A stretch of DNA of 64,000 bases, taken from Harriotta raleighana (taxonomy: Eukaryota). Each line of letters opens with the position of its first letter. Position 1 is the first letter of the stretch. A program made the position numbers and the translations under genes. The notes under the pieces are model-generated. The model ran no database searches. It was not told the DNA's origin and saw nothing but the letters and a program-made list of their open reading frames with translations. Where the stretch lies: positions 3,534,924-3,598,923 of the forward strand of contig JBNZDD010013654.1 in the NCBI GenBank assembly GCA_050575255.1, read 5' to 3'. Positions 26,270-37,480 of this stretch are shown one piece after another.

Positions 26270-26522
26270 AAACAGCTTTGATCCCAGATTTGTACTGAGG
26301 AAGCTATCCTCAATCAGATAAATAGTGGCACAATAACATCTGCCTCAGTATCATTGTAGTTGGGTAGAGAAACGTTTGGTCTTGACAGCTGATCGATATT
26401 CAGTAGACATTATTTGAAAGTGAACCTGTGTGAATGTTGGTTAACAGATTGGGCCCAATCATGGAAGTCTCTCTCTGTTGAAGTGAACTCAGTATAAATT
26501 CACGCTTGAAGAATAGTGACTT
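26270..26522 (+). mobile_element. Highly diverged ancient SINE, AmnSINE2-like
   Basis: Ordered blocks tgtactgaggaagct / gcctcagt / ctgatcgatattcagt / tgtgtgaatgttgg / acagattgggc / tgaagaatagtgactt resemble the AmnSINE2 consensus as I remember it. Confidence 0.4.
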
Positions 26523-26530
26523 AGTTGACT

Positions 26531-27100
26531 ATAATAATATTAATAATAATAACAATCCTTGCATTTGATATAGTGCTTGTCATGTTTTCAGACGTCTCAA
26601 AGTGCTTCACAGAATATACTGTAAAGTGAATCGACTTTATATTTGTGGGTGAAACGCGGCAGTACATTGTGCATAGCAGTGTCCCACAGTCGTGGATTGA
26701 AATTACCAAGTTTATTTTTTTTGAGAGATTATTATTAGGTGTGTGGAGTAAGAAAACTTACCCAAGGTTTCATCCTGCCTGGATTCAAATACAGGTCTCA
26801 CACTTTTTAGACGAGTACTCTAACCACTGAGGTACAGGATTCTGGTGGCAAATTCTACCCAATGTTTGCAGNTATACTGTAAAGTGAATTGACTTTATAT
26901 TTGTGGGTGAAACGCGGCAGTACATTGTGCATAGCAGTGTCCCACAGTCGTGGATTGAAATTACCAAGTTTATTTTTTTTGAGAGATTATTATTAGGTGT
27001 GTGGAGTAAGAAAACTTACCCAAGGTTTCATCCTGCCTGGATTCAAATACAGGTCTCACACTTTTTAGACGAGTACTCTAACCACTGAGGTACAGGATTC
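26531..27100 (-). mobile_element. SINE (26531-26842) plus artefactual second copy (26873-27100)
   Basis: Full SINE in reverse orientation; the second copy follows a single n. Confidence 0.85.
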
Positions 27101-27374
27101 TGGTGGCAAATTCTACCCAATATTACAGGAAAGGAATACAAAATTTGAATAATAAATGGAAGTAATGGTATTTATAATAATCATAATACTGTACCATCAA
27201 TCTTATTCCTCTAGGACACTTAAAGAAGTTAAAAAGTTTCTTATGTATGCTTCAGCCATTATGAACACAATGCTGTGATGCTGTAGCAGTGCTTTCTGTC
27301 GAATCTGCTATTACTACTATGTATTGGTCTGATTTTTTTCAAAGGAGTCCATCTTCAGAGGGGAATCAAAGACA

Positions 27375-27735
27375 AAACAACAACAACGACAATAAAATTA
27401 TACTTGTATCATGCCTTTCACTTCAGGAGGACATTCCAAGGCGTTAGACAATCATTGTTTCAGACCTGAACTAAGGTCTGGGCCAGGGAAGGTTGAGGAA
27501 AAGGGGAGGATTTGGGGTGACCGATGGGACTGTCAAAGAGGAGGGTCTTGAGGTGGAATTACTAACTATGGGATGGAGTTCCAGAGGTTGGGGGCAGAGT
27601 GTCTGAAGGCTCACTCACCAATGGCGGGGCAGGTGGGTCGGGAGACATGGAGCAGCCTGCTGAGTGGAGCAGGCAGGTTGGTAAGGGTTTAGGAGATCGT
27701 AGATATAGGGTGGGGCAAGGCCATGGAAGGCTTGT
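27375..27735 (-). mobile_element. L2 3' fragment
   Basis: (AAC)n tail; ttccagaggttgggggcagagtgtctgaaggctc; ggcaaggccatggaaggctt. Confidence 0.85.
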
Positions 27736-27894
27736 TACGTAAAGAATAAATAATTAATGAATAATTAATATGACAAGAAGGGTTTGGATGAATAATGGCC
27801 CTTGTTCAATTTGACCTCAAACCTCCAAAATATCCATTCTACCATCCACCACCAGAGTCTCAAGCCAATTTTTTAAATGATGGCTGCATAATGA

Positions 27895-28140
27895 CCTCAA
27901 CAACACTTGCTAGCAACCTGTTCCAGCTGTTAATTCATCTCATAAAGAAATATTTACTGGTTTCTATCCTGAAGTTTCCCTTTGCCACCCTAAATTCATG
28001 TTCAAATATGTTGTTCTGAATTTACTTTCTTGAACTAACTTAAAATGTTGTGTAACTATAACAACACCACCAAAATTACATTAGTACAGAGACTTTCACA
28101 AAGGTACCCTTCGTTACCTCTCTTTTCAAGACTGAGGAAC
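27895..28140 (-). mobile_element. Old CR1-like fragment (similar to one at about 19405-19610)
   Basis: caacacttgctagcaacctgttccag...aaagaaata...tcctgaa shared between the two loci. Confidence 0.45.
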
Positions 28141-28650
28141 CCAAACTAAACATTTGGAGAAAATAAAAATATATGACAGTTTTCATTTAATTGTGATACT
28201 TTTTATACATGATTACGTTTACAATGGGTCCAAGCTATGACATTTGCAAACCGAATGCTGTAGTTTGTGACTTCCATTTTAGATCCATGAACCTTATTGT
28301 AACTTATACAGGCCATTTTATAATTGAACTACTTCAGATATCATTTAAGCATCAAATATTTAACAATTATTTTCAGAACATGCTTGACCAAACGTTGTGC
28401 AAACATGCATGAAATGGTTTGTACTATTCTTCTTTTTGACAGGGTTATGTTCCACTTTGGCTTCTTGTATAATTGATTTTTAAAAATATAAATGCACTAA
28501 TTTGGTCCAAAATGTTTTATGTTCAATAAATTCCGGTATTCTTCCAAATCTGCACCATACTATTGGTGAGAAAGGGCTGTCATATTCAGGTGCTTTTGGC
28601 ATTTGCATTCAGTGTATTTATATATACTGTAGTTTCTGATTGTGGAGAAA

Positions 28651-29300
28651 GCAAAATCCCTCAGGACTTCTAGGTGTCACATCAGCTTTATTGATTGGTC
28701 AGATAGCTGCTGGTTTTACAACTTTAGATTGAACAAGCAAATGATGCTTTGCAGTGTGACAAGTCAAAAGAGGATTTAAAGTCTTAGTCTGTCAATAATT
28801 ATATTGTGCCAGAGTCAGTGGAGGTGACTGCTGTTCTCACCTTTTCTGTCATTTCAGATTCTTGACAGCTCCACTATGGGCATCAGTCAATCATCAATGT
28901 CCACAGTGATTTCTCAAGTTAAAACTGATTTGTCACTCTGATTACCGAGGTAGTTACATCTCCCAAATAGGGAAAGAGGAATTTAATTATTTTCTCAACC
29001 TTGCACATTTGTTTGGTGCTACTCATTTCTGAATCTTGTGGGAAATACTTACATTTATAAGTGTGATATAAGATATAACAAGTGCGACCTCACAACCAAT
29101 AACCACCAAACTGGTGCCATATGATGCTAAGAATTGCATATTTATGTGGCGTTTTCCCTGGGTAAATTCCATGGGTTATTTGTGTTGGCTTTATCAGCCA
29201 CAAATGGGATCTCCCATTATAGCTGTGCAGCATCAAATGTACTGAGCGCAATGCTGAAGAGATTTTTTACCCACATGATTCATAATCCTAAAGATATGAT
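28651..29300 (+). pseudogene. Fossil PIF/Harbinger transposase (HARBI1-like), frameshifted
   Basis: Hand translation across frameshifts: SRCHISFIDWSDSCWFYNFRLNK / CDKSKEDL...VPESVEVTAVLTF / MGISQSSMSTVISQVKTDL..LPR*LHLP / FGATH / YDAK...RFP...HGLFVL; same order as Harbinger motifs (RFRL, VLAAL.F, GISQxSxS, GAIDCTH, CDA..WPGS.HD). Confidence 0.6.
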
Positions 29301-29810
29301 TCACCACATGTAGCTGAAGTTGATATTGATAAATTATATATACATTTGTTCAGGTCAATGGGATTTTTTGTGATATTTTATTGCATCAGGTATTGAGTTA
29401 CAGATAATGCTAACAACAGCGAACAAAGAAACCTTGACACAATTATTTTCATTTTGTAAAAGGAAATTAAAACATAGGACCAAATGTGTGGTGTGGCAGT
29501 AAGTTAGGAAATAATTAAATTGTTTTGTTTTTAAAAGAGTTATGATATTGTGTTTTCAAATCATTATGTTATTTACATCATTATTTTATCACTGTATATT
29601 GGAGAGCAGGAAGCTTGGTTTCAGTTCATAAGTTTATTTTATGTGCATAAACTTTGAAATTTGCTGCAAACAGCAAATGCAGCCATGAGTAAAAACATTT
29701 ATCTATCTCACAAAATTCAACTGCTCCAAAAGACTTACATCAATTTGCAGTTCCCATCCTGAAAATTACAGCAAAAGGATGAAATGTATCTGGGTTAAAA
29801 AACAGACACA

Positions 29811-30127
29811 ATAATAATAATGTAATAATAATTCTTGCATTTGATATTGCGCTTTTCATGTCTTGTAGACATCTCAAAGTGCTTCACAGAATATACTGTA
29901 AAGTGAATTGACTACGTTTGTGGATGAAAGGGGGCAGCCAATTGCGCACAGCAGTGTCCCACAAACAGTCGTGAATTTAGTGATGAATTTATTATTGTTT
30001 TTTTCTTGAGAGATTATTATCAGACTTGTGGAGTAAGGAAAGTTGCCCAAGAATTTACCCTGCTGGGAATTGAACCCAGGTCTTGTGCTTGCAAGGTGAG
30101 TGCTCTAAACATTGAGCTACAGGGCTC
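29811..30127 (-). mobile_element. tRNA/Deu-type SINE, full length
   Basis: Reverse complement of the consensus, including head (gtagctcaatgtttagagcactc) and tail. Confidence 0.9.
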
Positions 30128-31137
30128 TACAATATGGGTGAAGACAATCTTAGCATCATAAATTAGCCTCATGATCATTCTATGGAGCTCTTCTTGCTGT
30201 TTTAAGTAAATTTATTCAATGAAAGAGGTATGCAGTTCTTCAGGTGTGCAATGAATTACATCTAGGACCCTAGGGTAAAGAGGAGTATTATTAAAATAGC
30301 ATTGTGTTTGTTGCTGTGTTCCCACCGGATTGCAGAGAAACAATTTTCATGATCTGCTGAATTAGCTAGATGTAGCGACTATCAAAATAGTAGAATTTTT
30401 TACAGCATATCAGCTGCCTGACATTGGAGAAAAAATAAGCAGCATTGTTTGAATACATCTGTCACCTTTATTGTCCCTATCAAGACTGGATTAATGTCTC
30501 ATGTACTATAAGTTTTCCCTGTCTAGTAGGAAATAAATCTACAAATATGGACTAAAGTGACAATGTATTCTTCTGAGCATGGTTGTAATTGTTTTGAAGA
30601 AATGTGCTTGTTATCTATGACTTTCAGTCTTGACTTGAAAATGTTGCTAATTATCACAAATGTGAGACGGAAAGCAATGTAAAGTGTTAATAGTAACACA
30701 CAAATGGCACAATGTCAGATGTGATCCTTATAAAATAGGAGATAATCAGACAAGCTAATTCTCATGTTCACTAAACTTCCAACAGCGATTGGTCAAATAA
30801 TTCTGGACAACATGGATTGAGGGCTTTGAAATCTGCCTTGCTCAGATCAAATAAGGTTTCTAACATGTAAAAGACAAATTCTAATATTCTTTGATCAGCT
30901 TGAGGACTTTTGGAAGAAAAACAAGTAACATTACAAAATGGGCTGAAGTTCCAGTTAGTGCCATAGTGTCCTGGAAATATTGGCTGCCAAAAGGATTTAC
31001 TTATTATAATCACATATCGTTAAAAGTGCTATGTGTATTGCAAACCAGAATTTTAATGTGTGAGCTTCGGTTAAATGACTTAACATTACATTGTAAATTT
31101 AATCCTGCATCTTCAGAACACAATTGCAGATAAATAA

Positions 31138-31530
31138 TACAACAACAACTTGCGTTTATATGGTGCCCTCCATGCCAGGTGGCGTTTCAGAGCATTTCAC
31201 AATGGCGGAGCCGGAGGCTGAGGCAGGGGGAACGGGAAAGTAACCTTGAGAATGGTTGAAGAGAAAGATCTTCAGGCACGACCTGAAGATGGGAAAAGGT
31301 GGGTGTGAGTGAAGGGGTTGAGAGAGGCAGTAACAAAGTTTTGGGGGCAGTGACTGAAAGCATGGCTGCCGGTGGTAGGGAGGAGGATTCGGGGAAGAAG
31401 CCGGACCTAGTAGACCGGAGAGAGGAGGTTACAAAGCGTGAGTGGAGGTTGGGGCGGGAAGGGCCCTGAGAAATGGAGAGATTTAACCACAAGGATGAGG
31501 ATCTTGAAATCGATCTGCTCTGTGACAGGG
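31138..31530 (-). mobile_element. L2 3' fragment (second subfamily)
   Basis: caacaacttgcgtttatatggtgccctccatgcc...aggatgaggatcttgaaatcgat. Confidence 0.8.
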
Positions 31531-31589
31531 CAAGTAAAATTCCAAGTACACTAAATAAAAAGAAAACTGGCTGATTCCATCTAATGTCT

Positions 31590-32308
31590 GATTATCCAGT
31601 TCTGTCCTTTGTCTTTTCCTCTTAATATATACGTGCTCCTTCATGGTGATGTCATCTATAGACATGGGGTCAATTTCCAAGTGTAAAGTGTATGCATCTG
31701 GCACCCATTTCTATTTCTTTGCCTCCAATCTCAACTCCAGGATCACCGCTATCAATAAGACCAAGGCTCTCCTGATTGGCTCTGTGTCTGTACAGTGTCT
31801 CCATACATCAGTCACTGACAGCATCACCATCCATAGATGCATACTCTACCTTACTGAGCCAATATGGAACTTGATGTCATGTTTGACCCTCAACAGTCCT
31901 TTCTGCCCGAAATCCATGCCATGACATATTCTGCCTTCCTCCACCTCCGCAAAATTGCCCAGTTCTGCTACAGCCTCACTTCTCATGTCCCATTTCAACC
32001 AGTCCACAGCCTCTGCTCTTGCCTGCTTCTTGTCTTCTACCCAGCCTGCTCCACCATCGGCGGACGGACCTTCAGCCTTTCTTCCCCTACCATTTGGAAC
32101 TCCATCCCACATTGCCTTCACTTCGTTCCCTTCCTTTCCTCCTACAAGGTGCATCTAAAAATCCTATTCTTTGATCAACCCTTAGTCCACCCTCCTACCT
32201 CCTTCCTCCCAATTCTGCCATCCATCTTGGGTCTAAATACCTTGCTGTCCAGTAACTTGGGATGTCCTCCCAATGTGAAAGGCATTAAATAAATGTAATT
32301 TGTATTGT
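31590..32308 (+). mobile_element. L2 RT/3' fragment with internal deletions
   Basis: KVYASGTHFY (degenerate YADD), INKTKALLIG, GGRTFSLSSPTIWNSIP, tail. Confidence 0.85.
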
Positions 32309-34835
32309 ATACTCATTTCAACAATGGCTTTTGGATAAAACACTATAGCTATAATACCAGCAATATACACCATCTCTCCACTTTCCGATGTATTCCAAAA
32401 AGTGCTTTGAGATGTCTAATGACATGATAAGGTGCTACATAAAATGCAAGTGTTATTATTAGTATTGCTGAGTGCTGGCATATGCTGCTTGTCCTACTAA
32501 CGGCACAGTAATGGGAAAGCAATAATGAACAATGACAGGAATTTCAACTGAGCTCAATAATTTCATTAATGTATGAAGCTCAATGCACCTGGGCAGATTG
32601 GGAAGGTGAATGGCCTCATTGTGTGGTGTAGGATTCTATGATTCCTTGATTCTATGAAAACAAGTTCCAAACAATATTAAAATTTGATTTTTCTTAAATC
32701 TGAAAAATCTAAAGAATGTTGTCTTAAAATTTTAATTAATAAAGAAATCCAGAAACATTTCAGATTAGATCTTAAGGCTATGACCGTTTGAATTGGAAGG
32801 TCTCTGAAGACAAAAGTGCAGAATTCAGTGAATGAAACCCCCAAAAATTTGGGGGCCGAAATATTGGAGTACAGCTTTTCACTGCAATTCCCCTTTAAAG
32901 GAGTTTATAATTCCAAAAAGGGACTGCTAATACAGTACCTGTAATTTATTTTATCAATTCATATGATATATTTTGAATAATTTTGAATCTGGTGAGATCA
33001 GAAGAAATTTCATGAAGATTTTAATCTTAGGTTGTATCCTGCTGTCAAGACCATGTGGCCATTTAAATGTGAAAGCCAAACAAAGAGTGTCAGCAAGCTG
33101 TTTGAATTTTGAGGTGTTAACAGCATAATCCAGAGCCCATGGAATGCACTGGAGTGTAAAAGACAACTGATGTGTAGCTGGCGTGAGAGTTTAAAACTGC
33201 TCAATTTCTCATATCTTACAATAATGATTTAAATATCTAATTCCCTATTTTCTGCCTGAATCTATCTCGCTGGATTGTTTCTTCCATATAATTGCCAAAG
33301 TCTAGTTATTTTGGTTGATGACACTTAATAGATTTTTACAATTAAGGGAGTCACTTTAAGTTAAAAAAAATGAAATTATTACCCGATAGAGTAAATACAG
33401 GTACCAGATTTAAAACAGCAATGCTTCTGTTTCATTTTAGCGAGGAGCATTTCTTAAAAACTAAGGAATGTTTCAACTATATAAATAAATTACCTGTAAG
33501 TATTACATTTTTTATGCATTCATTCCAACCCACAAGGAAATAGTCTCTTATCTCTGTTTCCTGATATAATTTTTTTACGTTTAGAGTCAGCAAAACTGCT
33601 GAAGACAAATGAATTATTAATGCTAATGTCAATGTTATTAATGTTTGATTCAGTAGCAAGGGAATTTAAATTCATAAGCGGATCATAAGTGGATCAAAGA
33701 AAATGACACCTGTATTAGCAAAATAATATTATTTTAATGTAAGTATGACTCTAAATCTGAGCTGGAAATGTAAGATTTTAAAAGTAGCCTGATCTGACAT
33801 TGGTTTGCTCAGTTCAGGATCAAGAAAATTGTTTTCTTTGCACTTTATAAGTCTTTGGGTCATAGAAGGTACATATGAGTCAGGCAAGCAAGGAAGTCCA
33901 CAAACTCAAGTACCTGAAAAATAATTTAGATAAGAGGGCATATGTATCTTCTTTCATCTGAGTGTTCTTTCATGCAGGAAGGATGAAGATTGTGGAGGAA
34001 AAATATTTCAAAACGTTTTTTTTAGAGAGCAGACACAATGGGCCTTCTTCTGTGTGGTATAATACAGAGCTCATTTGATCACATCATTCCCAGTCTGAAT
34101 GATTGTTCTGATGGAATTCATGCTCTGCTGAATGCCCAGACAATATATATCATTGCTAAACATCCTAAGCCATCACACGATTCGGTTAACCGTTGAAAAT
34201 TAATTGTATAGAATTGCACACCCTGAACAAATTGCGTGAATAACAGTAGGATTTTTGTAAGTTTGCAGTCTGTCAACTGTGGGCAAACTTTCTGTGGGGG
34301 TAGAGGCTGTTGTGTTTGCAAAACTTCTTCCGGCCGTAAAGGGATGGGGGGAGTCTTATGTAGAGACTGGGGTTCTTGGCTTCCATCTCCTGAGTGGGCT
34401 GGGGGGCAGGCATGACTCTTGAGGCTAACTTTGTCTTTCACTCTGCTCCCAGTAAACTCCTGAGATTCTGAGCTCTTCAAAAAGCATGGCAGAGCAGGTG
34501 GTCATAAGTGCTGGGCTGGAGGAACTAATCCAGTCTTTGCAATTGAACGAGAGGGGTGAGTGCTCATCGAGGCTGGCACTGATTATCTCATCTTCAGGTC
34601 AACGCACTTAGAGACATCTCAACAATAGGTTATACATATCAGTCCTCATGCGGGGTAGAGTCCCAGAGCCCACAGCAACCACCTGATGAGGTGCTGTGTC
34701 AAATCCAAGGCTGATTATTGTCCAGGTGTTCAGTAGACTGGGTACACAGTCCTGCTTTGTGCATTTTAATCAGTTTAGTTCTGTAGCAAAGCGCCCTTCA
34801 GTTCTTCCCATCTTTAAAAGAGAATGTTAAGGGGC

Positions 34836-34937
34836 AACAAAAACAGAAATTGCTGGGAACACTCAGCAGGTCTGGCAGCATCTATGGAGAAAGGAAAGGT
34901 GAATCAACGTTTTGGATCTACGACCCTTCGTCAGAAC
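34836..34937 (-). mobile_element. Penelope-like element terminal repeat fragment with a degenerate minimal hammerhead motif
   Basis: Minus strand ttctgacgaagggtcgtagatccaaaacgttga...ctccatagatgctgccagacctgctgag. Confidence 0.6.
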
Positions 34938-35102
34938 CATTAAGGTTCTATTAACCATTAAGAAATGTTAAGGGGTTGATGTGTGGAATAGTGATGCTCA
35001 GCAAGATGTTCACCTCATATCTATGTTGGCTATTGCTTCACCTCAGCAATTATATTCTGGTATATTCTATGAAGCGAGTTGAGACACCTCAACGAGGTGA
35101 GA

Positions 35103-35615
35103 CAACAAAACATCAAACAAAATAACAACAACAAAGTTACATTTGTATAACTGGACAGTTACCGATGCAGACCCGAGCTGAGGACAGGGGGATGGGGTGG
35201 GGAAGGAATTGCTGATGGGTCCATTGAAGAAGCGAGTCTTGAAGCAAGACTTGAAGGAGGCTAGGGAGGGGGCGAGGTGGAGGAACTTTGGGATGGAGTT
35301 CCAGTGGCTGAAGGTTTATCCACCAATGGTTGGGCAGGGGGATCGGGGGATGTGCAGCAAGTCTGCTGAACGGAGGGGTTAGGCAGGTTGACAAGGGGAT
35401 AGGAGGACACGGATGTAGAATGGGATGAGGTTGTGGAGGGCTTCAAATGTGAGGACCAGGATCTTGAATTGGATCCTCTGAATGATGGGGAGCCAATGGA
35501 GACAGGCAAGGATGGGGGAGATGGGGTCATGGAGTTTGGAACGCTAGAGGATACGGGTCGCAGAAATTGCATTTTTAGAATGCCTTTTACGTCGGGAGGA
35601 CATCCCAAGATGCTG
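35103..35615 (-). mobile_element. L2 3' fragment plus adjacent solo L2 tail (about 35565-35613)
   Basis: aggaccaggatcttgaattggat...gggagccaatggaga; tail gccttttacgtcgggaggacatcccaag. Confidence 0.85.
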
Positions 35616-35686
35616 AGATAGGGCATTGTATCAAATAGATGGATTATTATGAATATGAATATTATTGCGGTGTGCAAGTAACAAGT

Positions 35687-36016
35687 GGAGTTGTGTGGTT
35701 TAGCAGTTAGAGCACTCGTCTTACAAGCGAGAGATCTGGGTTCAATTCCCAGGCATCTCAAGTTGAAACCTTGGGCAAGTTTCCTTACTCCACACGCCCG
35801 ATAATAATCCCTCAAAAAAATAAAACAATAATAAATTAGTCATTTCAATCCATGACTGTTTGTGGGACACTGCTGCATGCAATTGGCTGCCGCGTTTCGC
35901 CCACATATATACAGTCAATTCAATTTACAGTCTATTGTGTAAAGTGCTAGAAGATGTAATAATATTAGAAGATGTAATAAGGTGCTATATCAAATGCATG
36001 GGTTATTAGTATTATT
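35687..36016 (+). mobile_element. tRNA/Deu-type SINE, full length
   Basis: Head ctcgtcttacaagcgag / ggttcaattccc, body, tail. Confidence 0.9.
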
Positions 36017-36714
36017 TTCTATAATTTATTGACTACCTTGGCTTTACTCTAAAATGTATTTAGTATTTAAAATGATCTATCTATCTTGCATATACATTAT
36101 ATATACAGTGTCATATTATATATACAGTATCATGTACAATATATATAAGTGCATTGATCTAATCCATTCAAATATTTGATTTTGTCAGTGATTTTCCAAT
36201 GAAAGTATTCATAATAAATGCAGCCCCAAATGCTGTTTACAATTTTAAAGCACAAAATCTTTATTTGTATTTTAAACAGGTACATATGGGCTATTTGATG
36301 TGATTATTCAAAGGCAATCTTCTTTAATCCTGGTTGACAATTTATCATGAAATACAGTCTGCATCACTGATTTTTAGCCTGAAAAGACTCACTGCAATGC
36401 TGCACTCCTTCTGTCTGTAATACACTGTATTTGTAATAGTAATTGATAGCAGCTGTAATACTTTGTCTCCACTCATGAAATTCATTGAAGTGTTAGATTA
36501 ATAGTACTAAAAAATCAAATTTTAATCTTAGATGTACAGTATCTGATTTCTAGATCAATCAACTTGAACATTACAAGTTATGCAGAGTTTTTTTGAATGG
36601 CATTTCATTTGTACTGTTATACAAAAATGAAATTTTGTTGTTGTTGTTACCAAGTAATCCATTGGTCAAAATAGTCAAATATTGAAAAATACTGATATTT
36701 GGATAAAAAAATTA

Positions 36715-36780
36715 CAGTAAAGCTTCGATAATCTGACATTCTGATAGCCGACAACTTCCTAATATCACAACAATTCAAAA
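36715..36780 (+). mobile_element. Tigger-like TIR fragment
   Basis: TA + cagtaaagcttcgataatctgacattctgatagccgac; no matching right end seen. Confidence 0.35.
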
Positions 36781-37149
36781 TGCAAACAGTATTATTTTTT
36801 CCCATGGATGAAAGTAATGTATTTTTGGATTCACAGAAATCCCAATGTACCTACCCACAAAACATTTATCCCTATATTTTACAGTATATTCTGTGAAACT
36901 CTTTGGGACATCTTCCTGACATGAAAAGTACTATGCAAACTTTTATGATTTATTTGCCAATCATTCATTATGAAGAAACCAATTTTTTTTCAGTTTGCGT
37001 TATATTGGAATGCCATTTGATATATCATGGCATCATGATGAATGATAAAGGTGACACCATTAAATTTGCCTTATTAGCATTTGGGACTCAAAAGTGTGAA
37101 TTCCCCAACTTTGTTTTTCAGAAACTGAAACTACCTCATCTGCAAAATT

Positions 37150-37480
37150 AGCCAAACACAAAGTTAGGATTTCCAATATGTGAAAATTGGAAAGCGTAAT
37201 TTGTACTGGCTTTCAGAAATCAAGGTTAATTGTTTTGTGAATATCACCGATTAGACGGTTTTCATTATTTGTAAACATAATTAGTAATTGGCGGTTTGGA
37301 TCTAATTTATGTATCTTGAAAAGCAGATCCCATTGTAAAACGGTCGTTTTCCACCTTTCAAATGTTACCAACTTGTTTTGAAAACAATGGAATGTCTTTG
37401 TGCCTTTCGAAGAGGAAAGCCCACTCAGAGGTTGTCAACATCTGCCATTCCATTAACATTGTGATTCCAGTGTACGTTTT
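37150..37480. promoter_or_regulatory. Candidate conserved non-coding element / enhancer
   Basis: Apparently repeat-free and CpG-retaining; tgtaaaca (Fox) abutting taatta/taattg (homeobox) at 37270-37290; aacaatgg (Sox) at 37383-37390. Confidence 0.35.

Noticed and set aside
26615-27121. ~250-bp tandem SINE duplication giving twin ORFs
   Set aside because: Junction is a single n (26872) and the copies are near-identical; artefact
28858-28949. Good acceptor and donor-like sites suggesting an exon
   Set aside because: Stops in all three frames; lies within the Harbinger fossil
35687-35760. tRNA-like cloverleaf with a TAC anticodon-like loop (also 22555, 54786, 56155)
   Set aside because: These are SINE heads, followed by SINE body or truncated; no proper acceptor stem
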